Shown here: positions 45,401-57,403 of the stretch, piece after piece | Numbering within the stretch: position 1 is the stretch's first letter | How the letters are laid out: the number at the start of each line of letters is the position of its first letter | Notes under the pieces: generated by a model | Databases searched by the model: none | Seen by the model: only the letters and a program-made list of their open reading frames with translations | What the model was told of the DNA's origin: nothing | Translations under genes and position numbers: made by a program | Assembly: GCA_010356995.1 (NCBI GenBank) | Contig: ML996695.1 | Span: 443,061-507,060 of the forward strand | From: Trichodelitschia bisporula | Taxonomy: Eukaryota | Length of the DNA: 64,000 bases | Reading direction: 5' to 3'

Positions 45401-48099
45401 GTGTCGGTCCGTTCCATAACCCTGATGGCTCTTCTAAGAGTCACTAGCTGTGAGTGTATATGGTGGTGGTGGTTTAGGGGGGACGTGGCCTCCCCCGACA
45501 CGGGCTATCAGAGGAGGTTGTGGGCTACCTTTCCCCGCATGAAGAGGCCATGCATTCTGAGCAGATACCTAAAGCCCGCCCTCAGTAGTTCACCAGTTGT
45601 GAATCTGAGTTTGCGTGCTCTGAGTACGGGGACGGTTTCGCGATACGGACGTTGTGAACAGATGGTGCCATACAGGGGTTACTCCGCTGTCTTCTTCCGA
45701 TGTTGGCTTGTCTCTCGAGGTTTCTGGTCAAGTCATTGTACCCGTGAGAATGTTATGATACTATCACTGAGTGTCTCCTGGCCATATTTAGACCCTTTAT
45801 TGACTAGTCCGATTCACGATGGCATAAGGGATATTAATACAGTGGTGTTCCGGCGGTTACAGCATGGCCAGAGTCAGCACTGTTCACGAATGTATACATC
45901 AGATATCTCACCTTTCATGAGCTCAAGGGATCGTAGAGCGGCCCATCGGATAATTTCAACGAGATGTAGCTATAATAAAAGCCCATGTTCTCCTCTCCTG
46001 AAGAGGTGATGCTCCAGACACGTCCTAGTTCGAGACAAGGGCTTTGTGGGGTACTCGTACCCTAGCACGTTGAGCACTCCAAGAAAAAGAAATGGTTCAA
46101 ACGTACGCAACGTACGCATACGTTGTTGTCGGCCGGTCCCAGAAAGGGATACGTCGATATCAGCGCACAGTAGTCGCAACATTTAGGTGTACCGGCGGAC
46201 AGTGTTTAGGCGTTTATCTATTGCCCTTTGTGATCGTACCGTCATCACAGATCTGCTGTGGCTAATCATCTACGGTAGGATCGATGCGAAAAGGTCGTGG
46301 CCATTTTTTGCCCGGGGTTTTAGGGAGTAAGAAGCAGAGACTTTTGGGGAAGGGGGGCCTATCGGCAACGACTTTTTCGCTCCGCCCTTGGTCCAAGCTC
46401 ACTTCAGTTCAACGTCGTGTCTTGGACGGAAGCGTTGAGTGCACAACTTTGACTGTAATTGGGATCATAACCGAGGCCACCAGAATCTGAGTCGCCCATC
46501 GCTGGGAGCTAAATGATAAGCTGCAATGGAACCGCCTTCCAGCCCAGGTGGCATTGTATGGCAGAACAATATCCCCCTTCCGCCCGAGCTCCTGCCACGC
46601 CGAGAAGTCTTCCAGATGCTTCACAATCTCGGACCTGATAGATCACCTGAGGACCCCATCGGGCTCACCTTTCATCAACACGCGCCTCGCCCCCCTTCTA
46701 TTCGGTCATCTAATGCCAAGATTTTGTCGGCCAGGGCAACTAGCGACCGAGCACAGCTTGATGTTGTGAGAATGGCGCAGCCGCGCTCTTCATCTTGCCC
46801 ACATAGTTTGTTTACGTTAGGTTCGATATCACCTCTTCTGTGGTTAATCGCCCGAGGGCTTCACCCGCACTCCCGGAGACTCACTGGAAACGACGGAGAG
46901 TACAATATTCACGACGCATCGCTTAGCGGCCAGCCCATTATAAGCTCCGAGTACGAGACGAACGAGTAAGACTCTACCTGGCTGCAAAGGCTCAATTTCC
47001 GTCGCTCGCGAGAAAGGTTGAATGCCATCCGCCCTTCCATTTTTGAGATTACCATGACGCACATAGAGCGGGAATGCTTCTCTCGCGATGGTACGGATCA
47101 ATATGCTGTCTGGACAAAGCAAGCGCCCGTCAATGCTCTGAGTTCCCTTCACGATGCTTTACCTTGCTAACAGGCCAGTAGAATCGGTATATGTCTGATA
47201 TATGCAGTCGCACCGCTTCGCCGGTATGCGCAAGACGGAGGTCTTAACATCTTTTCAACAAAGCGCGAGGACAAAGCGGATATACGGGGGTATAAGACAC
47301 GGATCTCGGCCCGACAATATGGTGAGTGATATGCCGGCACCCGAAAAGCCGTCCTCAAGGACCCTGTCTCGTATTGGGCGCAACTTGGGCTGGTCGGGAG
47401 TTTTTTTTCTCTCCTCCCATCCGTTTCATTGCCTATGCATCGCCCCTGAGCGCGTTCGAAGTCCCAGTTTGCGACTACAATCTACAAAGAACACGAGACG
47501 AATGTACCAATTATGCATTACGCCCAAATGTCTGCTAGTACACGTGTTTGGCTTTCACTCGGATCTTGAGGACGTCAAGCCAAACAGCAAACAACGTCGT
47601 CAGTTTTCTGGGCTTTCAAGTGTATCTGGGCATGAACTTTAACAGCAATGTGGGGGGTGGTTTGATGGTTGTGGCGTCACGGATCTTGGACCGCCAGTGC
47701 GCCTGCTGCATTTGGATATCCAGGGCGACGTCCTCCCGATCAAGCAGCAACGACTGAACGTGCACCTTCCGCAGTTGTTCCCCGGCAACCGACCACTGCA
47801 CCCGCACCGACCACATCGACCGCTTCTCCTCACCTCAACCACTACACCTGCGCTTACCACTGCGCTGCACAGGAGCGATCTGAACAACGCTTCGAGGAGG
47901 TCAGATACTGACTCTTACAGTAGTTCTCCACTTCTACACATCTATGATACTCAACCTTCAGAGTTGACCCCTTCTTAGTACTTCTTCACAACCCGGCGCT
48001 CCTTCCCACCCACATCGGCCCTCTTCCAGAGGCCTGCAGTTTGCTTGGCGCAGTTACGAGCCGACTTGTGAATAGCGGTCCACGGACCTTCCATTCACG

Positions 48100-48270
48100 A
48101 TTCCCCCACATCGTTCTTACCACGCATACCAAGACCTTATTTATTCACAACCCCCGCATCGTTCTTACTACATACCAAAACCTTTTTTGTTTAGGACCCC
48201 ACGTCGTCCTTACCACACACCCCAAATCCTTTTCCACTCGCAACCTCGCATCCTCATTACCACATTCCTG
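48100..48270. repeat. Minisatellite, 4 units of ~45-48 bp, upstream of the RdRP CDS
   Basis: CCCC[AG]CATCGTTCTTAC[CT]AC...CCAA[GA]ACCT-like units anchored at 48109, 48157, 48202 and 48249. Confidence 0.8.
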
Positions 48271-48414
48271 ATTGTGGCCCTTGAGATCATTCCTTGGGTT
48301 CAAATAAGCTACGTAAGTCCGATCGCAAAAGTGTTAACGAGTCTAACCCACCTTTTCAGGTTCGAGTCCTCGAGAGCAACAGGTGCTCTTTTCATCCAAA
48401 ACGAGCTGCTCGCC

Positions 48415-51400
48415 ATGGAGAACCACGGAGCTACCACCACCGCACTTGAAGATCCCAACTTCTCGTGGCGTGATGATTATGTCAGCCGCTGGATTCACGC
48501 TATCCAGAGCGCAGACGCGCGTTCCAACTTCATGCAAGGACCCGGTGAATCTAGAGATTGGGTCGAGCTGAAGATTCGGGTGTCTCGCTTCCCACCCTGG
48601 TTGACGACATGGGAACTTTATCGCATGTTCTCTTTCTTCGGAGAGGTCTCAAAGATCGATCTCCAGACGAAGCTCGGTGCTGTAGAGGGGCAGGCTGTTG
48701 TTTTCTTCTGGTAAGTCGTCCCCAACGGGTGCGCTGGACTACTGCTAATGCTTCAAGCCCGCCTCCCAAGTATCCCATCTGGGAGATGTCGATTGAAGTA
48801 CCTCGCCCAGAAGGCGGCGTCGACAAGATCATCACGACCTTGCTGCCCAAGCCACGGTCGTTCTATCATACCAGCCCGGTGGATCCCACTCGTTACTACA
48901 AGGAGCGCATGGTAAGCTTATGAACCCCCTGGACTAGGAAAACAATGTTAATTCATTAGACACTTGATGGGCAAGCCTTACAGCTTGGCATAATGCATTC
49001 CGAGTCGGCGATGATGGTCATGAAGGTGATACCTCGGACCTCACAGACGCCTGTATCATTTTTGCTCAACCTTTTGCGGAGAGAAATCGAGATCACTTTC
49101 CCACTTAAGGATCCGTTCGGCGATGCTGATAGTACTATCATGGACACATTCATCATCCGTGTACCTCTGGCCAAGCTTGAGCGGATTTATGAATGTGGGA
49201 ATGATGACACAATGGCTCTGATCATTCCATTGAGTATGCCGCCCGAGTATTATCGGAAGACACATGATGTCAAGGCAACGCACGATGAAGTCTCGACTTG
49301 GTGGTCAAGCCACCGCACTTGGCTGCGTCAGACAAATCCCGAGAACGAAGCTAGCGCGCCGCTTGGACTTCGCAAGGATGGTGCAACCCTCGATCTCGGT
49401 AAGTCGATCCCCCTTTACTGAGGCAATGCTAATCAATATCAGGCCGTTGGATCACCTACCGCCTTGAGTTCCCGATGTCAAAGGAGTTCAAGAACTTGTT
49501 TGGGGCGGTCAAGATGGCGCTTGCGGACTATAACGTGATGGTCATCTCCAATGACCAGAAGTCCATCCGGGTCCTCTCGCGCAAAGACACAACCATCTGG
49601 CGCATGTTGGATCTGCCGGCGGCATCCGGCGGCTCCCATGTGAGCCTTTTCGAATCTATGGTGCACGGGGTCAAAGGGTTGTCCTTCGCTGTTCGCTACC
49701 AGCTTGAGGTTTGCATGTCGCATGGCCTCGTACACGAAGTCAATGTAACGGAGAACTTCTTGCGGAGGCTGACCCAAATGGATCCTGAGAGAGCAACTGC
49801 GGTCCTCGAAGCGGTCGCTGACGGCAAGCGCCGCTTCTTTAACCCGATGGACATCTTCGAGCTGCCCGCTGTTAGTTTCAAGAAGAAGATCCCTCCATAC
49901 TGCGAGCTTGTACGTTCGGCGATTGTGACGCCAACGACGCTTTATTTCGCCACGCCCGTTCTCGAGACATCGAACCGCGTAACGCGCTGGTATGCCTCGT
50001 GTCAGGACCGCTTTTTGCGGGTAAAGTTTACGGACGAGCTGAACAACGGCCGGCTGAACTCGAGAGACGACGATTCTCACAACAAGGTCTACAGCAGAAT
50101 CATCGCAGCGATGAAGCAAGGCATTCGTGTTGGCCACCGCACATACGAGTTCCTCGCCTTCGGCAACTCGCAATTCCGGGAACATGGTGCATACTTCTTC
50201 TCGCCGACGGCTGAACTGACGCTCGAAGACATGCGTCAGCGACTTGGGGACCTGACCGATCTAAAGGTTCCAGCTAAGTTCTGCGCGCGCCTCGGCCAGA
50301 ACTTCTCCACCACCCGCGCCATCAACACTAAAGTGACTGTTGACGACTCGTTGGATGATGTCGAGCGCAACGGACACTGCTTTACAGACGGGGTGGGTCA
50401 GATATCGACCCACCTTGCGGCTGTGATCTCGACGGAACTAAACCTTGTGACCACCGACCAGCAGCCGCCTTCGCTCTTCCAGTTCCGCCTGGGAGGCTGC
50501 AAAGGTGTGCTTGCCGTTGAGCCTCATATTCCAGAGAACCATGTGCGCATTCGTCCGAGCCAGTACAAGTTTCCGGCGGTTCACCAAGGACTTGAAATCA
50601 TCCGCTCATCGCACTTTGTATCGGCGAGCTTGAACCGTCAGATCATCCTTGTCCTTTCGGCGTTGGGTGTTCCCGATGATATTTTCCTCAACAAGCTCGA
50701 CGATTTGCTTCAGAACCTCAACTACTCGCTGGTGGATCAGAACTTGGCTCTGTCTATGATGCAAAAGTACGTCGACTTCAATCGATCGACGCTGATGCTT
50801 GCCTCGATGATTCTGGATGGCTTCATGACCTCGAAAGAGCCCTTCATGATGTCTATGCTTGAGCTCTGGCGGTCGTGGAGCATTAAGTATCTCAAGGAAA
50901 AGGCGAAAATCCTTGTCGACAAGGGCGCTTTCCTTCTGGGCTGTGTCGATGAAACAGCAACCCTTCAAGGACACTTCGACCACAACCGAACTACGCCGCA
51001 TGCACCAATTGACGAGCGCGTGGCGTCTCTGCCCGAAATTTTCCTCAAGGTGGATTCCGGTCGTGATGGAGAGTACGAAGTCATTGAAGGGCTTTGCATC
51101 CTGGCCCGCAATCCGTCTCTGTATCCTGGCGACATTCGCGTGGTGCGTGCCGTTGACAACCCCCTATTGCACCACCTCAAAAACGTGGTGGTGCTACCCC
51201 AAACCGGAGATCGAGATCTTGGTAACATGTGCTCCGGTGGCGATCTGGACGGTGACGATTATATTGTCATTTGGGACGAAGACTTGCTTCCCGAAGAATG
51301 GAACCACCCGGCCATGGACTTTACGCCGCCCAAACCAACACCACTGGACCGAAATGTGACGGTTGACGACATCATCGAGTTCTTCGTCACCTACATGAAG

Positions 51401-53451
51401 AATGATCGCCTCCCTATGATTGCCCACTCTCACCTCGCCACGGCAGACGCGTCGGACTTCGGTGTAAAGGATCAGAAGTGTACAGAACTGGCCCAGCTGC
51501 ACTCCTGTGCCGTTGACTATCCAAAGTCAGGCATTCCTGCTATCATCCCTCGACACCTCCGCCCCCGCATGTGGCCTCATTTCATGGAGAAGCGGCACAT
51601 TGCATTGGAGCAGCAGTACCACTCGAAGACTGTCCTGGGCAAGCTTTATGACGCTGTTGAGCGTGTCAGCTTTACGCCAGTGTATGATACACCTTTCGAC
51701 GGCCGTATTCTCGAGGCCTACAAACTGGACCAAAAGACGCTCGATGCCGCCGGTAGCGTCAAGATCCGTTACGATGCATCAGTTCGTCGTGTCATGGCAC
51801 AGCACGGTGTGGAGACTGAGTTTGAAATCTTCTCGGCCTTTGTGCTGAGCCATAACACAGAGCGTCAAGACTACACCTTCGCAGAGGAACTTGGGCGCAT
51901 CATGGGCCATATCCGCGATCGATTCCGGGAGGAGGTCATCGAAAAAGCTGGCGGGAAGGAGTGGTCGAAACTTGCCCCCTTCATAGTAGCCATGTACACG
52001 GTGACGGCTGAGGAGGTTCAAGCCGCTACTGCCAAGGTATCGGCTTGGGATCGCATCGTGGCAGAGAATGAAGAAAAGACGGCTGAAAAGGAGCGCAAGT
52101 CTAAGCAAATGCCTTTCATGAGCTTTCCGTGGATCTTCGATAAGGAGCTTGGCCGGATCGCCAACGGTATCTGCGAGTCTCCTGGCGAAGATCTGATGCG
52201 GCATGTTGTGCCGAAGCACATGGCGAGGTCATCCTTGACCCTGAATGGCGGTGGTGAAATTGAAACGGATACCGGCGTGACAGAGTGCGGGGGGGTTCTG
52301 AAGCTTTTTGGCGATGCTAAGACGGCGCAAGGAGCCGACGCTCAAGATGTCCACTCTCAGCTCGTTACGATCGTTGATGAGCTTCACGGTGCTCATTCTG
52401 CCGAAGAGACCCGCCAGCTCGTTGCACCGTTTCGCTCGAAGAAGGAGATCAATCGTAATGCGTCAACTGAGACCCCGCGTCGCAAGAGCTCAGGTTTCGG
52501 CGTACTCAAACCTGGCGACGAGAACGTGGCTTTCCGCCAAATGACGTCGCGTAAGCCGTCGAAGGTGTCCCTAGCCTCATCTTTCAAGAGCGACGCATCG
52601 ACGGGCTGCACATCTCACGATTCTGAAGTCGTGGCTACTGAGAGCCCGACATACGGTGAGTCCTCGCAAGTGCTCATAGATTTCTCAGCTCCACTTTTCG
52701 CGTCCACGGAAGATCCCTGCCAGCCGAGAACGGCCTCTCGTAACTCCTGGCTTCATGAAGTCGCCGGGCCTGATGAAGTTCGTACATCTTTAACAAATAT
52801 GGCATCTGCTAAGTCATTACAGGCTACCCATTCCTCCCATCCGACGTCCGGCTCTCATTGTGCCGCGCGTAGGGGGTCGCTGGCCTCGATCGATGAGCTT
52901 GACCCGTTGTCCACTCCCCCTAGCATGACCGACTCCAACCTACTGCTTGGTTCTAGCTTCAGTGTAAGTACTTCTCCTGCGATGTATTCTTAACTTTTTA
53001 ACTCTGTCAAGGCCGCCCCCGCTCCCGCAGGTGCGACGCCGAGTGCTCGGGTCCAAGGTTCCGCTCCCCGTCGGCCCATCAACCTGATGGACGAGGAGCT
53101 GGAAGCCGCACCAGACCTGCCTGTCATCAGCGTGACTTCTCCTACGGACTACGATGTGTGTATTTCTTGTAAAATGATGACTTCAGCTAATATCTTCAGT
53201 ACCCGTTCACCCCCACCGCACCCCCTCTTCGGGGTCGCAACCCTTTACCCAAGCCGCGGGGACTGGCGGAAAATATCCCCGTCCGTATCTCCGCATCATC
53301 TACCGTCGTAAACGGGTCGCGGGCTTCAAACACGCAGCTTATCGAACTTGGCACTGCTCCTGACCAGGACTTCTCCGATCGTGTGCGGGAGGCTCGTGCG
53401 AATGCCGGCTATGGATCTGCGGCGTCTCGTCTGGGGAGCCTGCTTGACTAG
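48415..53451 (+). CDS. Cellular RNA-dependent RNA polymerase of the RNAi pathway, with N-terminal RRM (SAD-1-like architecture), ~6 exons
   Basis: Introns 48711-48757, 48912-48959, 49399-49442, 52964-53011 and probably 53156-53199. RRM-like LKIRVSRFPPWLTTWELYRMFSFFGEVSKIDL; GRWITYRL; SNRVTR, FLRVKFTDE, YEFLAFGNSQFREHG, FTDGVG, FQFRLGGCKG, RNPSLYPGD; catalytic CSGGDLDGD. The last exon is uncertain (alternative stop at 53311). Confidence 0.95.
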
Positions 53452-54256
53452 TTTGTCCCTGGGGCGCTTCGGATTGTGGCATGCAGTACCGGGGTTGACC
53501 GTGGGTAGGTGATGAGCTTGACCATGGGTGATGATTTAGACACATGTGGAAAGACTAGCATGGCATTTCTTCGAAGGTATCTTTGGAATTGAATAGTCAT
53601 GTAACGTTTCTCCAGATTTGTTAGTAGATGGACATGTCTAATCAGCACCCCTTTCGCCTAACTGTCTTCTTGATTTGCGTGCTTTGTTCTAAGTGTTGCT
53701 ATGTAAGGCGGGTGGGGTTTCCAGGAGCTACCGTGGCACCTGACGAAACGGATCTGCCCTCTCTCATTGCCTACCAAGTGTCCCACAAGGCTGCTGCCTT
53801 TGCCATGCCATCATGTCCACGGCAACATCAAGAAGTTAAAGAGCAGTCCCACACAGCCTGAATGCCTCGGAGACTAAGTACCAAGATTACTGATCCTACA
53901 CTACAAGCACAATGCAATGACCAACAGGCAAACCAAACCAGCACCCCCATTTTGTGTATCAGGAAAAGGGGAAAGGAACAAAGAAATCGAGGGTATGAAA
54001 CAGGATGTAAGAGTGCAGGAAAGATCCCCTTCCACCCAGTTGCCGCTTCGTCCCCACCGATCCCATCCCATCTCCATAAAAAAGGATACATGCTATTCCG
54101 CCGGCGACCGCGCGCGTCTCACCTTCTTCCCATCATTGAAGAAGCATTGAAACCCGCCGCTGGCCCAACGGAGCCTCGCAAAACAAAAATTACCATTCAT
54201 CCCCTCCCCCACCCACCCGTCATCCTATTACCCAGTCTCCACCATGCTTCATCCAT

Positions 54257-54745
54257 CTACAAGAATGCAGCGAACACACCCGCACCCACCGCCCCAAGAC
54301 CCAGCGCCATCCCCCGCGCCGCCGCACCCGTCTGCACCGCCGGGCCCGTAGTCTTCGCAGCCGGGGCAGAGGGCTTGCTGCTCGCGGTCGTGGGCGGCGA
54401 GGGCGGGGCCGGCGAGCTAGCGGCCTCGGAGCTCAGCGGCGGGGCCGGCGAGCTGGCCGCCTCGGAGCTGAGCGGCGGGTACGACTTGCTGATCACGGCC
54501 GTGCTGTTGGTGTACGGCTTGGAGTAGGAAGACGCCGGCGGGGCCGGGGGCGCGGGAGTTGACTTCGGTGGGGAGGGCGGGGCGGGAGTCGAGACGGGCG
54601 GTGCCGGCGGGGGAGGAGCAGGTGTGCCGGTGGGGTTTTGGATTTGGCCGTCACCGATTTGCTGGATTAGGCCTGTGTAGGCGGGGGCAGAGGACCAAGC
54701 GAGGGCGAGGGGGGTGAGGAGGAGGACGAGGGTTGAGGAGCGCAT
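54257..54745 (-). CDS. Small secreted Pro/Ser-rich GPI-anchored cell wall protein with one PIR repeat
   Basis: Signal peptide MRSSTLVLLLTPLALA; PIR motif QQIGDGQIQ; duplicated PPLSSEAASSPA; GPI-signal-like C-terminus QTGAAARGMALGLGAVGAGVFAAFL. Confidence 0.85.
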   Translation of the reverse strand: MRSSTLVLLLTPLALAWSSAPAYTGLIQQIGDGQIQNPTGTPAPPPPAPPVSTPAPPSPPKSTPAPPAPPASSYSKPYTNSTAVISKSYPPLSSEAASSPAPPLSSEAASSPAPPSPPTTASSKPSAPAAKTTGPAVQTGAAARGMALGLGAVGAGVFAAFL

Positions 54746-57403
54746 TTTGCTGGTTTGTGGGGGGCTGAAACGACGGTGGTTGTTGTGTGAGGTGGAAGGA
54801 TCAAGGACCGTAGGAGGTACGGTTGGAGCGGTAAAACGAGTGACTGAGTGACAGGTTTTGGTGGTGCGGTGTGGAGGAGGAGGGGAGCGGGAAGGGCGCG
54901 GGTTAAAGGCTTGGGGACTTGTCGCCCCTTGCGTGGGTGCGGGTGCGGACGTGCAGGCTGCTTCCTGGCGGGGTGATATGCGTATATTGAGGTTCCGGGG
55001 GTACGGGGAGGGGGGGCTGGTTGGGCTGTATGCTTGTATGGAAGGGGGGAGGGCAGGAGGGAGAGGTGGTGTGGTGGTGTGGTGGGTTCAGCGGTTTGCT
55101 CAGTACTGTGGCAATGCAGCATCAGCACCCCTTTGCTTGCTTCGCAAGGCTGCACTGCACTCCTCGCGTGGTGTGAGGTTGTGAGCCCAGGGCGAGGCCA
55201 GACAAGGCTGCACGACGGCGCGGCGCGGTGCTGTGCTCGCCTGAACGATAGATGATTGGTGGACGGGGAAGGAAACAAGAAACAAGCGCGGGAAACAAGA
55301 CGCAGACGCAGGAAACAAGAGAACAGATACAGGCACTCGCACCGGCTTGCCCGTCACCCGCAAATGGTGGCATACAAGCAAGCAAGCAAGGCGGTAACGC
55401 TTGCCCGCAAAGCAAGCGAGCAATCCCCGCTCCCACGCGCGAAAAAAACAGGCTGGCCTCCGTCGTCGGCTGTGCATTGGCTCGCCGCCTAATCAGCGCG
55501 AATTGACCTATTTCGCGGGGATGGGGGCTATATGGCGGCCAAGCCGAGGTTGGGTGAGAGGGCTGTGATGGACGCTGGGGTTGGTAGGAGAGCAACGTTC
55601 GGGACGTTCGAAGGGTATGCGGCGAGACGGGGATATATTAGGTCAAAAGAGCAGGAGAGAAGGATGGAGGCAGAGATGAGTGCCATCCTTCAACCTCTCA
55701 GCTTTGCTGCCGCGATGCTACCCTCTCGCACCGCCGCAACTCATTTGGCTTCGAATCCGCCACCCTCGCTCGGAGGGTGTCCTCCGCGGGCAGCGGAAGA
55801 AACACAAAGGCGAAGGATGAGTTGGACCGGGCGCTTCTTACAGCGCGCACGGGTACCGGCTGAGGATTTAGAGTGCGGGCTTTAACTGCCCGTTTATGAC
55901 ATGCATTCTGTCTTTGCTATGACCTGCATTTTGAGCCGACGACGTGGTGCCGACGAGGAAGGTGTCAATGGCGCTGGGCCGCTCGTCATCGGTAGGAATG
56001 TATATTGTGGGGAGGCTGGTGGCGTGCGATGTGCTTATCATCACATCCTTCTTCTTCTTGGTGGTACAGTCCCACTTCGTTCCTGCAGCATCGGAAGAGG
56101 GGTGGCAGGTCGGAATGCAGGTTCCCCGCGCCGCGCACACGACGCCGACGAAAAAGCCCAGCTACATCCGTAGAGACTAAGTAAAACCAGAGTCAGCAAA
56201 ATTCAAACTGAAAGTCAAAATCACACTCCCGAAACTCTCCTGCAAGCCCTGCTGGTGAGGCGGCCTACCCAGCCGGGGCAGCCGCAATCAACCCGCGACA
56301 CCCATCTCCCTTGATCAATTCCGCAACGAACCCTCCACACAGACAAGGGCTGCAACACGTTGCAAGGCAAATCTTCGCCGAAGCTCGTTCAGACGAAGCG
56401 AGGCCCGAGTGACGTCGGGTCATCTACCCCCACCGTTGACGTCGGATCACGCTAAAAACGCCAGCCGACGGCGGGGCGCGGTGCCGAGCCCGATGCCGAC
56501 GAACGGGGGCCGGGCGGCATGCCGAACGTGATGCTGTGAAGTAAAGATTGTCGAAAAGAAGGAAAGAGAGGAGAGAGTCAGAGACGCTCGAGACCAAATA
56601 CATTGTGGGTGCCCGGTATCCTCTGATGCTCCTTCCTCCCATATGTGCCTTCCTCCCGTCGTGCGCCCACATTACATCATCTGCGCCTTCCATTGGTATG
56701 TTCCTTCCCAGGACTGATATGCTCCTTCTAACGGTAAGTCTAATGCCTTGATGCCCTGTATGCCTCAGGTTTCTGCACCAAAAGGAACTTAAACAAAATC
56801 GAAAACGAGAGATGCTGGGCGGCATGCCGACCCGCGCCCGACCCAGCCGACCGAGCCGGTTTAGCCGCCGGCCGAGACGCGGCTGCGTGCTGCGTCTGTA
56901 CCTGTGACCGCACACCGAGGGGTTTGTGCTGCATGCGCGTGCAGCGCACATGGGCGGCTAAGTGCGTACTGAAGCGTTTGACACGCGGCAGGTGCGCGGA
57001 TGCGGCAAACGCTTAGCTGTGCTGTGCCGCGATGCTTTCAGCGCCCGGTGAGGCAAGCGGGCAGCAAGCGCTCGCGACCGGTGACTGCATTCTGAACTTG
57101 CATGTGCATTATGTAGGCTAATTAAGGTGGTATCTATTTGCGCTGCTGGAGCGGCTGTCTATACTATGGTATGATCAAGGAAATGGTTTGCCTGTGAAGG
57201 CGAGGTTTGTCACTACTCATCAACCATCCAACGAAGGGTGGGCATGCCGATGCTCGTCAGCATCCAACACCAGAAATGCGATGCTCCACTCTCCAAACGG
57301 GCTGCGACCCAAGCGCTTGTCATCCTCTCATCCTCGGGACGCTGATGCTCTCCAATGCAAACAACCAACCCACCAAAACCCTGAGACTCCAACGATGCAA
57401 CCC

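Noticed and set aside
45401..47980. Several 100-200 aa ORFs upstream of the RdRP
   Set aside because: No motif, consistent exon chain or codon pattern that I could support; a weak orphan gene cannot be excluded.
45236..48270. Short direct-repeat arrays as CRISPR-like loci
   Set aside because: Eukaryotic context, degenerate units, no distinct unique spacers and no cas genes.
48350..48380. tRNA-like T-loop GGTTCGAGTCCT
   Set aside because: The T-stem pairs poorly, there is no cloverleaf upstream, and the site coincides with an intron acceptor junction.
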